A DNA stretch of 64,000 bases from Octopus sinensis (Eukaryota), in NCBI RefSeq assembly GCF_006345805.1, contig NW_021832230.1, forward strand, positions 1 through 64,000. The letters run 5' to 3'. Shown here piece by piece: positions 36,179 through 49,199 of this stretch (positions within the stretch are counted from its first letter, which is position 1; every line of letters starts with the position of its first letter). The notes beneath the pieces were generated by a model, which saw only the letters and a list, made by a program, of their open reading frames with translations, ran no database searches and was not told the DNA's origin. The translations under genes were made by a program, and so were the position numbers.

Positions 36179-39100
36179 ATGAATATGGAAGTGGTAAATT
36201 TCTAATTTTTATACTTAAGTTACAAACAATCGAACAACAATGCGAAATATTATTTTGTTCACCAAATATGAATCTTCGAAACGAAGCACAAATCATTTTA
36301 AACAAATTAATGCAAAGAATTTCTCCATTTGAATTGTGCCTCAAAAGCCTTCAGCTCTCTAACGTATTTAATTGCAAAATATATTTTGATAGAGTCAATT
36401 TCTTCACTTTATTTCAATTTCAACTCTTAATCGCAGTTTTGAAAACAGGACGTTTACTTTTTCTCCTGAAGAAAAAGAAAGCATCTGTAATAATTTTTAC
36501 TTTTTATAAAAGAATGTATGATATTATTAATTTAGTGCCCGTCCTCTTAAACTTTATGGCAAATAACATCAATGGGGAAATTTCAACTAGTAAATTTTCT
36601 GCACAGGTTTTTTAATTTTAATCTGATTTTAGTTATATGTTCGGATTATGATGTCTATTGATTCACCTTCCACCAATATGTATAATGTTATAAAGGAGGC
36701 TAAAAAATTTATTGTGGTTTACATCCTATTATATAAAAATATTTAAGACTGAGACTTTGATTCCCTATCAAAATTTTTTGGGGTTCACAATTTTATTCTA
36801 TCTAGTTGAAGAGTCTAATCGTACTAACAATATTTCATTAGGGGTACTTCTATTTATTCACTCATAAACATAGGAATTTCTTAGAGGATGGGATTTTCTC
36901 ACTACTATGAGATCACGTGACAAATTTTCCGAGAAATATTTTTTGGAAATAATAATGATAATAATAAATTATGTGGATAAATTTATAATGCATCACACAA
37001 ATGAAATGATAAATTTTATGAATGTTTTTACTATCCTAAAATTAACAGACTTTAAAATCTGCCCTTGAATTAATGACTGCTTGCTTGCTTTATGATTTTG
37101 GTACCACTAATTTTGAATCGTCTCTAAATGACATGGCCGCAGTCAATCTTCCAAAGATATGGCATTCTTGTTTTATTTTTAATTTTATTCCTAGACGTTT
37201 ATTCTTTTACAACACCAAATACTCTATTTCATCTTTTGGATGTCGTGCCTCCACATCTTCATATCAATGTTTGTTTATTTGAAAGAAGAAAAAACGTTTA
37301 GGTTTATGATTGTTTGGGACCAATGGTATCTATGGGAAGGAACACGTTGACTCCTCTTGAACGATCTCAATTTATAAATTCTGTGGAGTCTGCTTTTATT
37401 AATATCCTTGAAAAATCTGAAGTTTAAATTCTTATCTGATAATAAATATTATTTAGAATTTGAATACCAATGCTGCCTGTCACTCATTTGCCAAAATGAT
37501 TTTTCGTTTTCATGTTGCAATCTGTCGATCGGAATTGGAAGCAACTCCTGCTTATCAGACATATATCAAACTTCTGAGTTCATTTACTGAATTTATAATT
37601 AAGGTTTTTTATAATATTTAAAAAATTTTGTAGGATATGTCACAAATAGGCGATAATACGTTATCTTATGTTCTTAATGTTTGGTCTCGTCTTATAGACG
37701 ATAAACGAGATTTTAATAGCTTCTGTAATCGTCAATTAGTAGAAATTGTGCAACTTTACATATCATGTCGTCTTAATACTGTAGAAATTACAAGGTTATT
37801 ATTAAGAAAATGATATTTAGTTACGAGGAAACTAGAAATTACTTAATTGAATGTCACGAAAATATTGCAACTCAGCTAGATATTGTTTGTCCATGTGCTT
37901 TTATAATTAGATCGGACTGCTTTTTAGGTTCAATTATAGTAATAATTTCCACGCCCTTAAGAATGAGTTTGATCTAACTCAGCGAACTTATCGATCCGAA
38001 ATAACAGCTAATTCCACTATCCAACCGAGTACTGATGGTTTTGATTCTGTTATTTCATACCTAATAGCAAAATTGACCTGGCTTGTTTTTATAATAGCCC
38101 ATATTATAAATGGCTCCAACACAATTTCTGCTACTAGGGGGGAAGCTGATAATTTTGATGCAATCTTATGTGCAGAGTCAGTTGTCTATGATTATTTTAG
38201 AGTTTTGTCTTTTATGATGAACACGGCCAATCAATTTCATGTCTACTTTTCTCCGAATCTTGAGCGAGCGTTTATTCGTTTTCTTGACTCATTTCAAAAG
38301 ACCTTTTATGGTCAATCCAATGAGACTATAAATATAGTTAATTATTTCTAATTAAATGTAGATATATTCATTATTATCTAGTGGGGAGTCTAAAATGAAT
38401 GCTGATTCTATTATTCTTGTTTTAGTCATGAATCGAATGTATTATATTGGTTTATTTTTATAGATTAACTCATCTCAAATGTCTTATTGATTTTGATATT
38501 ATTGAATCTTCAGTTAGTCTTTTAACAGGCCTAACTTCTGTTGAATATATTAACGCACAGTTACTTGAGATTTCCTCTGCTAAATATTTGTTGACAAGTC
38601 ACATTGTTTGTTATATTATTCTATTTCATTATAGCCAACACGGCTTTGTTTTCTAGCACAAACGGATCCCAAATTTTATCCAATTCGGACTAAATTTTTC
38701 TCGGCCATAACTATATTGGCAGGCACTCCGAATATGACTAATAACAGATTTAAAGACTTCATTAAGATTGTCGAAAGTATAGTAGTGATATATTTAACTT
38801 ATAAGACCGTTTAAACATGTTCCAGCAAAAATTGGAAGCAGGAGATGCAGAAAATTGCAGGATGGAAGTCATTTTCCTTGCTAGAGATTTGCGCGGGATA
38901 TGTTATGCGCTATCTCATAATTATTCGTATTCTATTTTTATTTCATGGATACAATCGAAATATTTATCTATGTTGATACAATGCTTTAAAATATATTATG
39001 ATGATGCTGTTGTTTGTTCTTCGTTATTCCGCTTCTTTATTGAAGCAACTACTAATCGGTTATTTGTGATTATTTTATATTATATTCAGATATCAGCGTC

Positions 39101-40186
39101 TTCACTTCGATGTAACGTCGCCTAATGGAATTTATTTAATGAAGGCTATCTGTAGTGCTTGTGTTGTATACGGTTTGCTTAAATTTTTCTTAAATAACTC
39201 AATTTTGATGCAACTTTAGGTTCTCGTGCTATTGGACACACTGTTTCTACTGACTCTTCGGATTATTATGTAAAAAAGTCTTTCATTTTATTTTTGTTAA
39301 ATTTTAGAATAAAATTGACCTCATATTCATTAACACTGTTAAATACGGCTCTTAATTCAAAATATACTAATCTGGCACTTTTTGCTGTTTATAATGACAG
39401 CTGTCTTTTTGATGCACTCTTGTCAAACTTGAATCTCGTTCTATCTATTGATATCAATTTTATTATTGTAATTTTTTAATTATATTCTTTATAGACATAT
39501 ACTAAATTAAAAAATGCAGCTTTTCATTTTATTCATTTACTTACAACTGATCACCACGAGTTTCTTGATCGTCAGCAAATAAGTAGTATATTAGGTATCA
39601 TTGGAATAATTCGCTGTGGGCTCGGCTGCATTGGTAATTTATATTTTAAACTTAAAATAGATTTCTCTATTGTTTCTATGGCTTGCATATCAATCGAATC
39701 TCTATTTGCCGAATTATACAAGAAGATGAAGGAAAACGAGTTGAATACTCAGGGCTCTTTGTTTGTATTAATAAATGAGTACTGTCATATTCTTTACGAG
39801 GTTTTAAAGTTTACTTATAAAATTTCATAGGTTGTGATTCAGATTTTTGATCTAATACTTTTTGAGACAGAAACACACTTCTGGACGTATGCAAGACCAT
39901 TTAACTCACTTATTTTAATTAATACGCAGGTTTTGCATTTTTCAGCAAAATTTATAGTTCCTGTTTAAACTTGAAGGTAACATCTTACAATATTTTTCCG
40001 AAAATCAACATTCATTAATACATCAGCATTTTCAAATTTTGACTGATTCGCTTAAAGAAATCAAACCAGATTTTCTAAGAGAAAAGTAGGAATTTTTTTT
40101 ATTGTAGGTTCAATGAATCTTTTTCTATTTTTTTGGAAAAAATTCGACCTTTAGAAAAATCAAATAAACAGAATACAACAATTTAA
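36179..40186 (+). CDS. XPO7: Exportin-7 / RanBP17-like importin-beta family protein; many tiny introns
   Basis: Spliced motifs CLLYDFGTT...VNLPKIW, LTWLVFII, LARDLRGI...WIQSKY, FDVTSPNG and WTYARPF match XPO7 family blocks. First intron 36194-36219 (26 nt), last 40086-40107 (22 nt). Confidence 0.9.
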
Positions 40187-40848
40187 ATCAAATTGGGCTT
40201 TGTTTTTATTTTTGATTTGTGTTCTACGAAATAAATTTGTTCTATCTTTTAATTTAATTTGATGATCATTATTGTTATTAGTATCTTGTGTGTCGACATT
40301 TCTGTAATGTGACGACATTTCACGACAGAAAGAATATCATCGTGAAAAAAAATTTTCCATATCTACGTTCGACCGGAACGCTTAGCAAGAGTTCTATATT
40401 GTTTCTGAAATTGATGTGTAAACAAAAAACTAACTTTATTTTTAGCATAATCGAGAAGCATGTGGTGCAGAAAATCTTGGGTCTTATTTCAAAATAGGAA
40501 TTATAAAAAAAAACTTTTTGCTTATCTTTTTATTAAGCATATTGATATATTTATAGCTTTTAAAACTGATTAAATAATTTTTCTATTAATTTCCCTTTCG
40601 CGAACCATTTTAGTTGCAACTGAGTGTTTGAGAGCAATATTTTACCCAGTGTGTCTTAAATGCTCTAATTATTTACTGAGTTGACTTTTCTTGTATATTA
40701 ATTTAAATTTTCCTCTGACGTGATTTGTTTCTCATCATTTTTAAAAAATTAAGCGCATAATTTTAATTATTTTCACTTGCTAAAAATAACAAATCGACCA
40801 ATCACGGATTTTAGTCAATTAGGTCCGACTGTATTTTCTGTCAATTGC

Positions 40849-43560
40849 TTACTCAGATTTTTTTGCATTATTATTAATAAGCACACCGCAAAAAAACGTT
40901 CGTAAAGTTATCTCGTTTGTTCCACCCTCATCCTGGATGCGTTTTGTTAGTCGCTTCCAAGTTCCTCTGTTCCTCGATAATTTCCTCAGGTGCTCAAGAT
41001 CGTCTGCTGATTTCAACTCTTTTTCAATTAAAGTTAGGTCTTGATGCAGAAGGGTTGCTAGAGTAAATCGTGGTCTTCTTCGGAAAGTCGTTCCCGGATG
41101 AGGAGCGTAGTGGTGTTCCATTGCGAGATTTGCGGGAGTTTTCCTGTCCATTCTTAGGATGTGACCGAATAAGCCCCATCTATTAATTCTTATTTTTTCG
41201 TTCAACGGATGTACATTGTAATTGGAATAGAGATGTTTGTTTGATATGCGTTTTGGCTAAAAAATTCTTAGGATGTATTTATGCTGCATTCTATGGAAGG
41301 AATTCAGATTTTCCATTTCGTGCACTGTGAGTACCCAGGAAGAGGAGTTGTACAATAAGACTGGTTTTACGAACATATTGTATAGTTTGATTTTTAAAGG
41401 CACAGAAATTTGTTTACCTCTTAACCATACGTTTTTTAATCTTTTAAACGCGAAAATTTCTAGTGATTTTCTTCGTATCATGTCTTCTGTGTCTCCTAAT
41501 AGAGTGCATCATGAACTGTTAGGTTTTCAGATTTCTTCTTTCGCGCGTGCCAAGTTTCTTTGTATGCCTCCATTTTTCCTCGTGTCGTTGTTCACATCGC
41601 CTCACTATAGTGTATTGTGTTTTCTCAGTGTTGATTTTTATGAATGATTTTTCAAATGTGTTGACCAATTTGGCCATACCTTCTAATTGTTGGTCTGTTG
41701 CCGTGAGATCTATGTCATCTGCGAAGATGATTTCTGTAATATATCTGGGGATATTATTCCTGGCGTCTCGTAGGGTCGCTTTTGGATATACGATGAATAA
41801 GACCGGGAATAGGGCGTCTCTTTGGGAGGGTGCCCTTGTTTGTTTTGAATACTCTGGATTTCTGATTTCCGGACGGAATAAATAGTTGAGTAGAGGAGAG
41901 TAGATATCGAATTATTTTGATGCAATCTTCCTCGAGTAGTGGCGTTAATATTTGTATCATCTTAACTCTACTGATTGAGTCAAATTCTTTAGATAGGTCG
42001 ATTCCCAGTATGTAGTGCTCCTCTTTATATTTTTGGCACAAAGCACATATCCATTTGTGGCTCCAAACAGCATCGGAAGTTGATCTTCCAAAGACAAACC
42101 CACTATGGCTAGGTCCGATAAATCTACGTAGTGGGCCTTTAATTCTCTCCAGATCAATTAGGTGATAAAATTTTACGCAGTGAGTTGAGTAGTATGATTG
42201 GTCTTAAGCTGTTTACCTTTACTTTTTTCTTCCCCGCTTTATTTAAGGGGATTAACTTTCCGATCCAGATGTTAATTCTGGAGTATTCTTCAAAATTTTG
42301 TTCAAAATATAAGTAATGAGTTTTTGAAGCTCAGTAGCATATTTTATTAGCTCTGTATTAACATTATCTGAACCTGGAGCTTTTGAGTTGTTTAGTCTGG
42401 TCACAGATTTTTTAACTTCCATTGAAATAATTTCTTATGATAGCTTTCTGGGCGCTCCATCGAAAGGATAAAGCGTTTCTTCGTTTTCAAAATTGAAATA
42501 TTTTTCAAAGTGGTCGGCTATAGTGTCTGTACGTTCCTGGTTGTTATAAATGATTCTTCCGAGTTCATCATGAACTGTTAGGTTTTCAGATTTCTTCTTT
42601 CGCGCTAGTTTACAGATGTATATATTTCCGCTTCGTGTTTGTACTTTCCCAGTTCATTTGCAAAGTTTTATAACTCTGTTTCGAGATTTTTCTGGCATTT
42701 TTTCTTGATTTCTCGCATGATTTTGTTTCTTTGGATTTTGAACTCAACTGCTTTCACTTGGTAATGGGTGTTTATGTATTTATGATATGTAGATTCTTTT
42801 ATAAATGAGAAAGGTAATCTATATGCGGGTCATATATTCCTTTGAAGGTTTTGGGAATTGTCCCAATCGTATATTTAGTTTATTCCATAAACTTCCAGCA
42901 GGTAAATTGAGATTGATCGATTCTATTATTAATCGTCAGCAAATAGTTTGTGATATTTTAGCTGAGTAGTTATTTCTGTAGACAGGATTGTTTCTTGAGA
43001 GGTTGACTGCAAATCTAGCTTCTCTGTGTCTGTTTTTGACTCTGTTAATCAAAAATCTTCTCTTTAGGAGAAGTTTGATTACCAATAGTTTATGGTCACT
43101 CGAAGTTACCGTTCCTTCATATGTTCTGGCGTCACAGAGTAAAGCTATATGTGATTGTCGACACAGAATGTAGTCAATTTGGTTATATATTTTGATTGAA
43201 TGTCCATCTGAGTTTCTGCGCTCTCCAGTTTAGGTCGTGATATCCCTTGCAGCGTGTTGGAATGTTGTGTTGCAAATGAACAATTGTTTATTAATCACGA
43301 AGTTGGCCATAGTTGCCCCAGACATTTTCCTCCGACCTCTACCATGGTTATCCATGAAGCTCAGTTCTATGGTCCCTTTTCCGATCTTCGCGTTCCAATC
43401 TCAGCTTATGTAAAGTAGATAGCTCGTGGATATTTCCATAAGGGTCGTAAATAGTAAACTGTAAAAATCATCCAGTTCCGTTGGGTTTTTAGAGACTTTT
43501 GTATAGAAGAGGAATAACTAAAGCAGTGCTTCCCGATTCGTTTTGAGTTCGCAACCATAA
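40849..43560 (-). mobile_element. RTE-clade non-LTR retrotransposon, degraded
   Basis: APE remnants (FNAKIG, QIDYILC). RT motifs DLSKEFDSISR and FADDID. C-terminal RWGLFGHILRMDRKTPANLAM. Many stops and frameshifts. Confidence 0.88.
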
Positions 43561-43639
43561 AAATTTTAAAAGCCAACCTAGCACCCCTATTTTTAAATCT
43601 AAGAGAGAATTTTATTTAAAAAATTATTTAAAAAAATAT

Positions 43640-43930
43640 TTACGTTCCTTGAGATTTTTCTTGCCTTTTAGTCTTAATTAATTCTTCGAAACGTGGTTTT
43701 TTGTTTGCTAGTGCAATTCTGAGATAGTTTTCAAGGCTAAGAGAGTTTCTGTTCTTCTTTTTTATATGTAGTAGAGATGAAAATCCAGATTCACATAGCC
43801 AAGTTGTTCAAATGGTATCAGAACTTACAGTGATTTCTTTGCAAGTTTAGGGAACCCTGCTTGCAAACCGCACCAAAAAACTTCCAAAGAATTTGAGTCG
43901 TACAACATTTCCCAATGTCGCCAGTGGTTT
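43640..43930 (-). mobile_element. hAT (Buster-like) transposase C-terminal remnant
   Basis: FWCGLQAGFPKLAKKSL...WLCESGFSSLLHIKKKNRNSL. Confidence 0.8.
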
Positions 43931-43959
43931 ATTTTAAATAATTATGAATTGGGAATGGC

Positions 43960-44150
43960 AGAGTGTTTGTCCCCCGGGCTGTTGAGACGTCAAGAATACA
44001 GGGGCCTTCTACTCGGACCCTACTCTAGTGCATTGGCTCATTAATCGAAAGGGTTACCGGCGACCCGTGTGAGCACCGGTATTTAATCGAACGAATATCT
44101 ATAGCCATAGTCAGAGGCAATACTTTGGCTATCTGCCAATGACGATTTTT
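43960..44150 (+). mobile_element. CRE-like 3' terminal remnant
   Basis: VETSRIQGP...RVTGDPCEHRYLIERISIAIVRGN. Confidence 0.75.
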
Positions 44151-44238
44151 CTCTTGTCCTTTCTTTATTAATAAAATAAATTAATTTATTATGTGACTGT
44201 TTGTGCTAAGTTTTTATGCAAGCTTGGGGGTTAATAAA

Positions 44239-44924
44239 TGTGACCGGTTGAATACGAGCCCAGGTTGAATACGAGCCGTTAAACGAGCCGTCAAAGTGGC
44301 GTTATACGAGCCGTTAAATGGCGTGAATGCCGTTAAATCATATTAGGGTTAGGGTCAGGGTTAGGGTCAGTGTTAGGGTCAGTGTTAGGGTCAGTGTAGG
44401 GTCAGTGTTAGGGTCAGGTTAGGGTTAGGGTCAGGGTTAGGGTTAGGGTCAGGGTTAGGGTTAGGTCAGGGTTAGGGTCAGGGTTAGGGTTAGGGTCAGG
44501 TTAGCGTCAGGTTAGCGTCAGGGTTAGCGTCAGGGTTAGCGTCAGGTTAGCGCAGATTAGGTTAGGGTCTGTTTTCTTTAGTGTCTTTTATGATGAATAT
44601 GTTTATAAATAACGTTGAAATCATTTATAGTTAGAGTTAAAGTTAAGATTGAGTTAAAGTTGTTACAAACTTGTAATTGCTAATGTTGCAATTTATATAT
44701 CAAAAATAAAAATAATTCACATTATAATTTGCTAATGTTGTAATAATTTTACTATTTTAAAGCAAACATGGTTCAAATATAAAACATCATTTTTCAAAAA
44801 TTTAAAGTTCAATCATTAGTTCGGAACGTTTGCATTTATTGTAATTGGCCTTTTGAATCGGTATATTAATTATCGATCTTTTTAACGGCTCGTATTCAAC
44901 CGTATCTCATTATGAACGGTCACA
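44239..44924. mobile_element. 686-bp MITE (TGTGACCG...CGGTCACA) with 5-bp TSD, carrying a telomere-like array
   Basis: TSD ATAAA at 44234-44238 and 44925-44929. Inverted GTTGAATACGAGCC motifs at both ends. Several subterminal ACGAGCC copies on the left. Confidence 0.87.
44343..44567 (+). repeat. Interstitial telomere-like array (TTAGGG with TCAGGG/TCAGTG/TTAGCG variants)
   Basis: About 225 nt of alternating TTAGGG and variant hexamers. Confidence 0.95.
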
Positions 44925-44989
44925 ATAAATAAAAAAAAATTCACCTCTAGCAGACAAATACCTGTTTCTGAGTCAAAGTAAATTCAGAT

Positions 44990-45500
44990 GATAAAGTTCC
45001 ACTGTATATGTCGTATGGATGCATGATGGAGATTTACCACGACCCAAAAATTTCAGAAGCCCGTTTACATATTATAAATTTATCTTCCTGACTGTTCGAT
45101 ACTGTAAGCAGAAGAAAGCTGCTAAGTTTATTTTTGCCCATGCTAGACGGACACTGTCTGAGGATGATACCTGTCCTACTTGCGAACATCAAAATAGACA
45201 TTTTTCAAAATAACATACTTGCGTAAGAACAGCATTGATTTGGTCGATCAACCGGTCACTGTTTCTCGCTTTCTGAGGAAGAACTGTCTCTAACCAAACT
45301 TTGCCTAGTGGCGGTTTGCTTGGACGTCTGCGAGGCTTTTGACAGTGTCTGGCACTTTGGGTTTTTAGAGTATGTGACGGAATTGGTTGCTGGGCGGAAA
45401 ACTGTCAAATGGCTAGAGGGGTTCTTTTGTGAGAAAAAATCGTTCATTCATTACGGGAATTTCTCATTGAAAAGAAGGGAGGGGTTTCATAGGGATTAGT
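44990..45500 (+). mobile_element. Short degraded RT fragments from two LINE families
   Basis: FDTVSRRKLLSL (RTE-like) and VCLDVCEAFDSVWH (family B-like). Confidence 0.65.
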
Positions 45501-45510
45501 CTTTATCTTT

Positions 45511-47330
45511 TAGCGATTCCCAACCGGGGTGCCGCGAGGTCTGGTTTTAGGCGCCGCGATATCTTTAATATTTAAAATTAAAAGTTATTTATGGTTGTAT
45601 AGAATAGAATAGAATAGTATTTATTGACTGAAAATAAAAACAAGGAAGAAATCATTAACGGGGAGATAAAAACAAGGCACCGAAGTGTCTCTTTCCATGC
45701 GTATCCCCAATTGTAGTCATAGTTGACGGCACTTCTCCAAGACTATCCGGATCGTGGGCACAGAGGATTCTTGTGTGTCTTTTAACCTTCCGTCAAGTTG
45801 TACTCCGTAAGCCAATTTCATAGCGAAACGTCTTGTCTTTTCCAACTGTTCGATCAGGTAGTCACTCTCCTCCGTACCGTACCAGCCCTCGTAGCCATAT
45901 GTGAGGACTGGCTGCACACACGTTTTGTATACGTAGATGTACGTTTCCGGATCCAGATGGAACCTGGTTAAGCTTTTGAGGATCCTCACACTCCTCTTTC
46001 TCTGATTTGCTATATGATCTGCGTACGAGCAACGACAGTTGATGGTTGCTCCCAGGTAATAAAGATTTTTGTTTTTCGAGAGATCCATCACATAACTACT
46101 CATCGCATATGCACACGACTCCGCATAGCGACTCCCTCTCCGCAACCATGAGATGGTGCTCTTCTCCGGTGCTTGGGTCAAACCCTTCTCTATAGTCCAC
46201 ATCTTTAGCGTCCACATCTTCAATTTATGATTGAAGTCGTCTCCAAGACTGCGATATCCTTTTCGAGGTATCCATGACCAGGATATCGTCAGCATAGATG
46301 ACGAGCTTGCCAGTACGTGTCGACGGCAGAGGAATGTCCGCCAAGAAGAGGTTGAACAGAAGTGGACTCAAGATAGATCCCTGCGGGACTCCCCTTCTAA
46401 GTTCCACACACCCCAATAAGCGGTTTCCACAGCGGACAAATGATTGTCTTCCTGACAAGAAGCTCTCCAGCCATCGATATGTCTTTATCCCGGCTCCGGT
46501 TTCATGGACTCTGGAGAGTAGGCCCAGGTGCCACACGCTATCGAAGGCTTTGGCCAGGTCTAGACACACCACAGTTAGCCATGCTTTATTTCTATCAGCA
46601 CGGGATAATTGGTGCTCTAACTCCCTGAGGCAGTCCCCTGTGGATCTTCCTTCACGAAATCCCCATTGTTCGGGTAAAAGCAAATTTTGTGATTCTATAT
46701 GACCAGAGAGTCTGTTAAAGACAATCTTTTCCATTGTCTTAGAGAAAGCACAAATGAGGCTAATTGGGCGGTAGTTCTGTGCCAGCAGTGTCGATTTACC
46801 AGATTTTTTTATTCAGGTGGACGAATCAACAGATTTTTGTTCAGAATCTCATGTTATTGTATTTGTTCGATTTGTAAATGATAATACGATTGAGGAACAC
46901 TTCTTATGCTGCAAACAAATAAACTGTACGACCAAAGGAGAAGATATATTCAATCTTGTATCTACATATTTCAAGCAGAATAGTATATCATGGAAAAATT
47001 GTGTTGGGATTTGCACAGATGGTGCTCCCTCAATGGTTGGATCTAGAAAGGATTTGTCGCTTTTGCAAAACAGGAAAATGATGAAATTATCACAACACAT
47101 TGCTTCATTCATAGAGAAGTGCTGGTTTTTAAAACTCTTGGAAAAGAACTAAGAAATGTTCTTACTGACGTTATTAAAATGATCAATTTGAATCTTGTAC
47201 GGAACAAAAGCAATATTTGTTGGATTTCGATGTGTTGTGACAAAAAACCGACGAAACACAGAAACTGTACATTCAGCCCTATAACATAAACTGAGGAAGA
47301 CATTGCTCACCAACAGAGGACATGATGTGA
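45511..47330 (+). mobile_element. hAT Buster/ZBED5-like remnant split by a family B LINE
   Basis: 5' TIR-like AGCGATTCCCAACCGGGGTGCCGCG at 45512. Transposase QVDESTD...TDGAPSMVG...HCFIHRE from ~46812. Confidence 0.78.
45599..46807 (-). mobile_element. Family B LINE, 5'-truncated copy
   Basis: Highly similar to 19277-20475, with an (ATTCT)n tail. No TSD visible. Confidence 0.93.
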
Positions 47331-47499
47331 AAACGAGAATACGTATTGACAATCACTGGTAAAACTTATACTCCTCTATAATTTTGAACATGCGTTTGCA
47401 TAAGACATGAATACGAGAAGCTGAACTCTTTTCACATAGATCAGCCTCGACTAATTTTGTCTTCACGAAATCAATCCAGAATACTATCTGAAATCCTTT

Positions 47500-47780
47500 A
47501 CACGAAAACGGGAACCATGCTAATTTCATGGGAGGTAAAAGGGACACAGTTTGGTAACATCCTCAGAATGGATATGGATGGTCCTGGAAACGCGGCCATG
47601 GACTACCACATTGTCTTGGACGTATTACGCTTCTGCGGCTAACCAAAGAAAATATTCCAGACTGTCTTTGATAACGAACTCAGAAGGATGTGGAAACGCT
47701 TTCAAAATGGAGAAATTCTTGACATGTTACGGTGCGCTGCTCGCAATTGCCAAAGATTGCGAAATAATAATGCAATAAGT
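47500..47780 (+). mobile_element. RTE-like C-terminal remnant
   Basis: FGNILRMDMDGPGNAAMDY resembles the C-terminus of the 40849-43560 element. Confidence 0.6.
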
Positions 47781-48394
47781 GAGGCATTTTTGTGTTCTGA
47801 ATGTTGATAGAACTGCTAATCTCTGTTGATAAAGCTCAAATTTATTTTTGTCTAAAAACGAGTTTTTTATAGCTCTGTGAAGAAGGTCTTTTGTACAAGG
47901 AGACGACTAACGTCAAATGTTGGATAAATACTACACCAATTCTGTTATTTTCATACTTCAACGTGCTTTGTATTCCAAGAATGCTGATAGTATATTAATG
48001 TGATTGAGTGGCATGCAAGAATTCTAAACCACAATGAGAAAACTAACCACATCAAATTCCTTTCCTTAAGGAGAAAATACACCCAAAATGGCATTACATC
48101 TTTAAACATTAAACTGATTAAAAAATTGACAGTAGTAAAAATGATAAGAATGCGATTTAAATTATTGACAATAAATAAATATATATATAGTGCATATCTT
48201 TCGATAATTTTATGGTAAATAAATTTAATTGACTTTTACTATTGTAAAAAATAATCTATTATGGTAGTTGATCATATTGTGAAAATAAAGTTTTTAGATT
48301 AGAAATTTATTTAATTAATATTATTAGAATGTTAATCAGTTTTCAAAACTAAAGCAGACTTGGTTCAAAAATTTCCATTCTGAAAGTGGAATTC

Positions 48395-49199
48395 TCATTT
48401 GGTTATAACATGAATATTGTTTTATGATATCTTGATCTGCAGGACAAGATGAACGAATAACTTGTTGACTATACAATTGACTTAAGAGATTGTTAATTCT
48501 TTTCATGTTTTCTGGTATTGTAAAATTCTTAAAATACTATTTAAGAATAAGTTTTACACAAAAATATTACTTTTAATACGACCTGAAGACAATACAGACG
48601 CACGAATAAAAAAATATCACAAAAAGCAAGCTCATTTCCGGTTAAAAATGGTTCTTTATAATTTTCTAAAACTTGATCAAGACGTGATAGTTGGTTTATG
48701 ACACATTCAATGTTATAATTGTTGTTGATAAAACGTGAGAAAACGCGGGAAATATCAAATACTTCATTATAAAATCCAGGAGATGGTTCAGCCATGAATT
48801 CAGGAAAATTGTTGTTGAAATAATCTTCAATTTCTGTGTTATTGACGAGATAGATTTCTTCTGACGTACTATTATCTCTGTATGTTAACTAAAATTTAAA
48901 AAATGATGTTGATTAACAAGAGGAAGTGAATTCGAATTGAAATTTTTGAGAATTGGATTTGTAAATGACAAATCATTTAGCGACAGGACGTATACAGTTA
49001 AATTAAGTACTCTCCGATTGTGGAGAAGCCTAAGGATAGTATGCCATTGTTGATCATAGACGTTAAATCCTTGTCGGGTTGGATCAATTTCAGAACTCTA
49101 TAATTGTTGAAATGAAATGCAGTATACACGAATGTATAATTTGTAATCAATCAAATCTTCTGTGGTCGACATTAAATTACAGTCTATATATGTTGTCAT
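48395..49199 (-). CDS. CLIC: Chloride intracellular channel (CLIC/EXC-4-like) protein
   Basis: Spliced product YKLYIR/SSEIDPTRQG...FLTGNELAFCDIFLFVRLYCLQVV...FTIPE...SSCPADQDI. Introns 49098-49127 (30 nt) and 48889-48917 (29 nt), plus a third near 48540-48570. Confidence 0.88.

Noticed and set aside
32850-40186. Ciliate origin or alternative genetic code, suggested by ~25-nt introns
   Set aside because: Conserved exons translate in the standard code without in-frame TAA/TAG, and genes end in TAA or TGA.
44343-44567. True chromosome end or telomere fusion site
   Set aside because: The array is single-orientation, degenerate, internal and enclosed by TIRs with a TSD.
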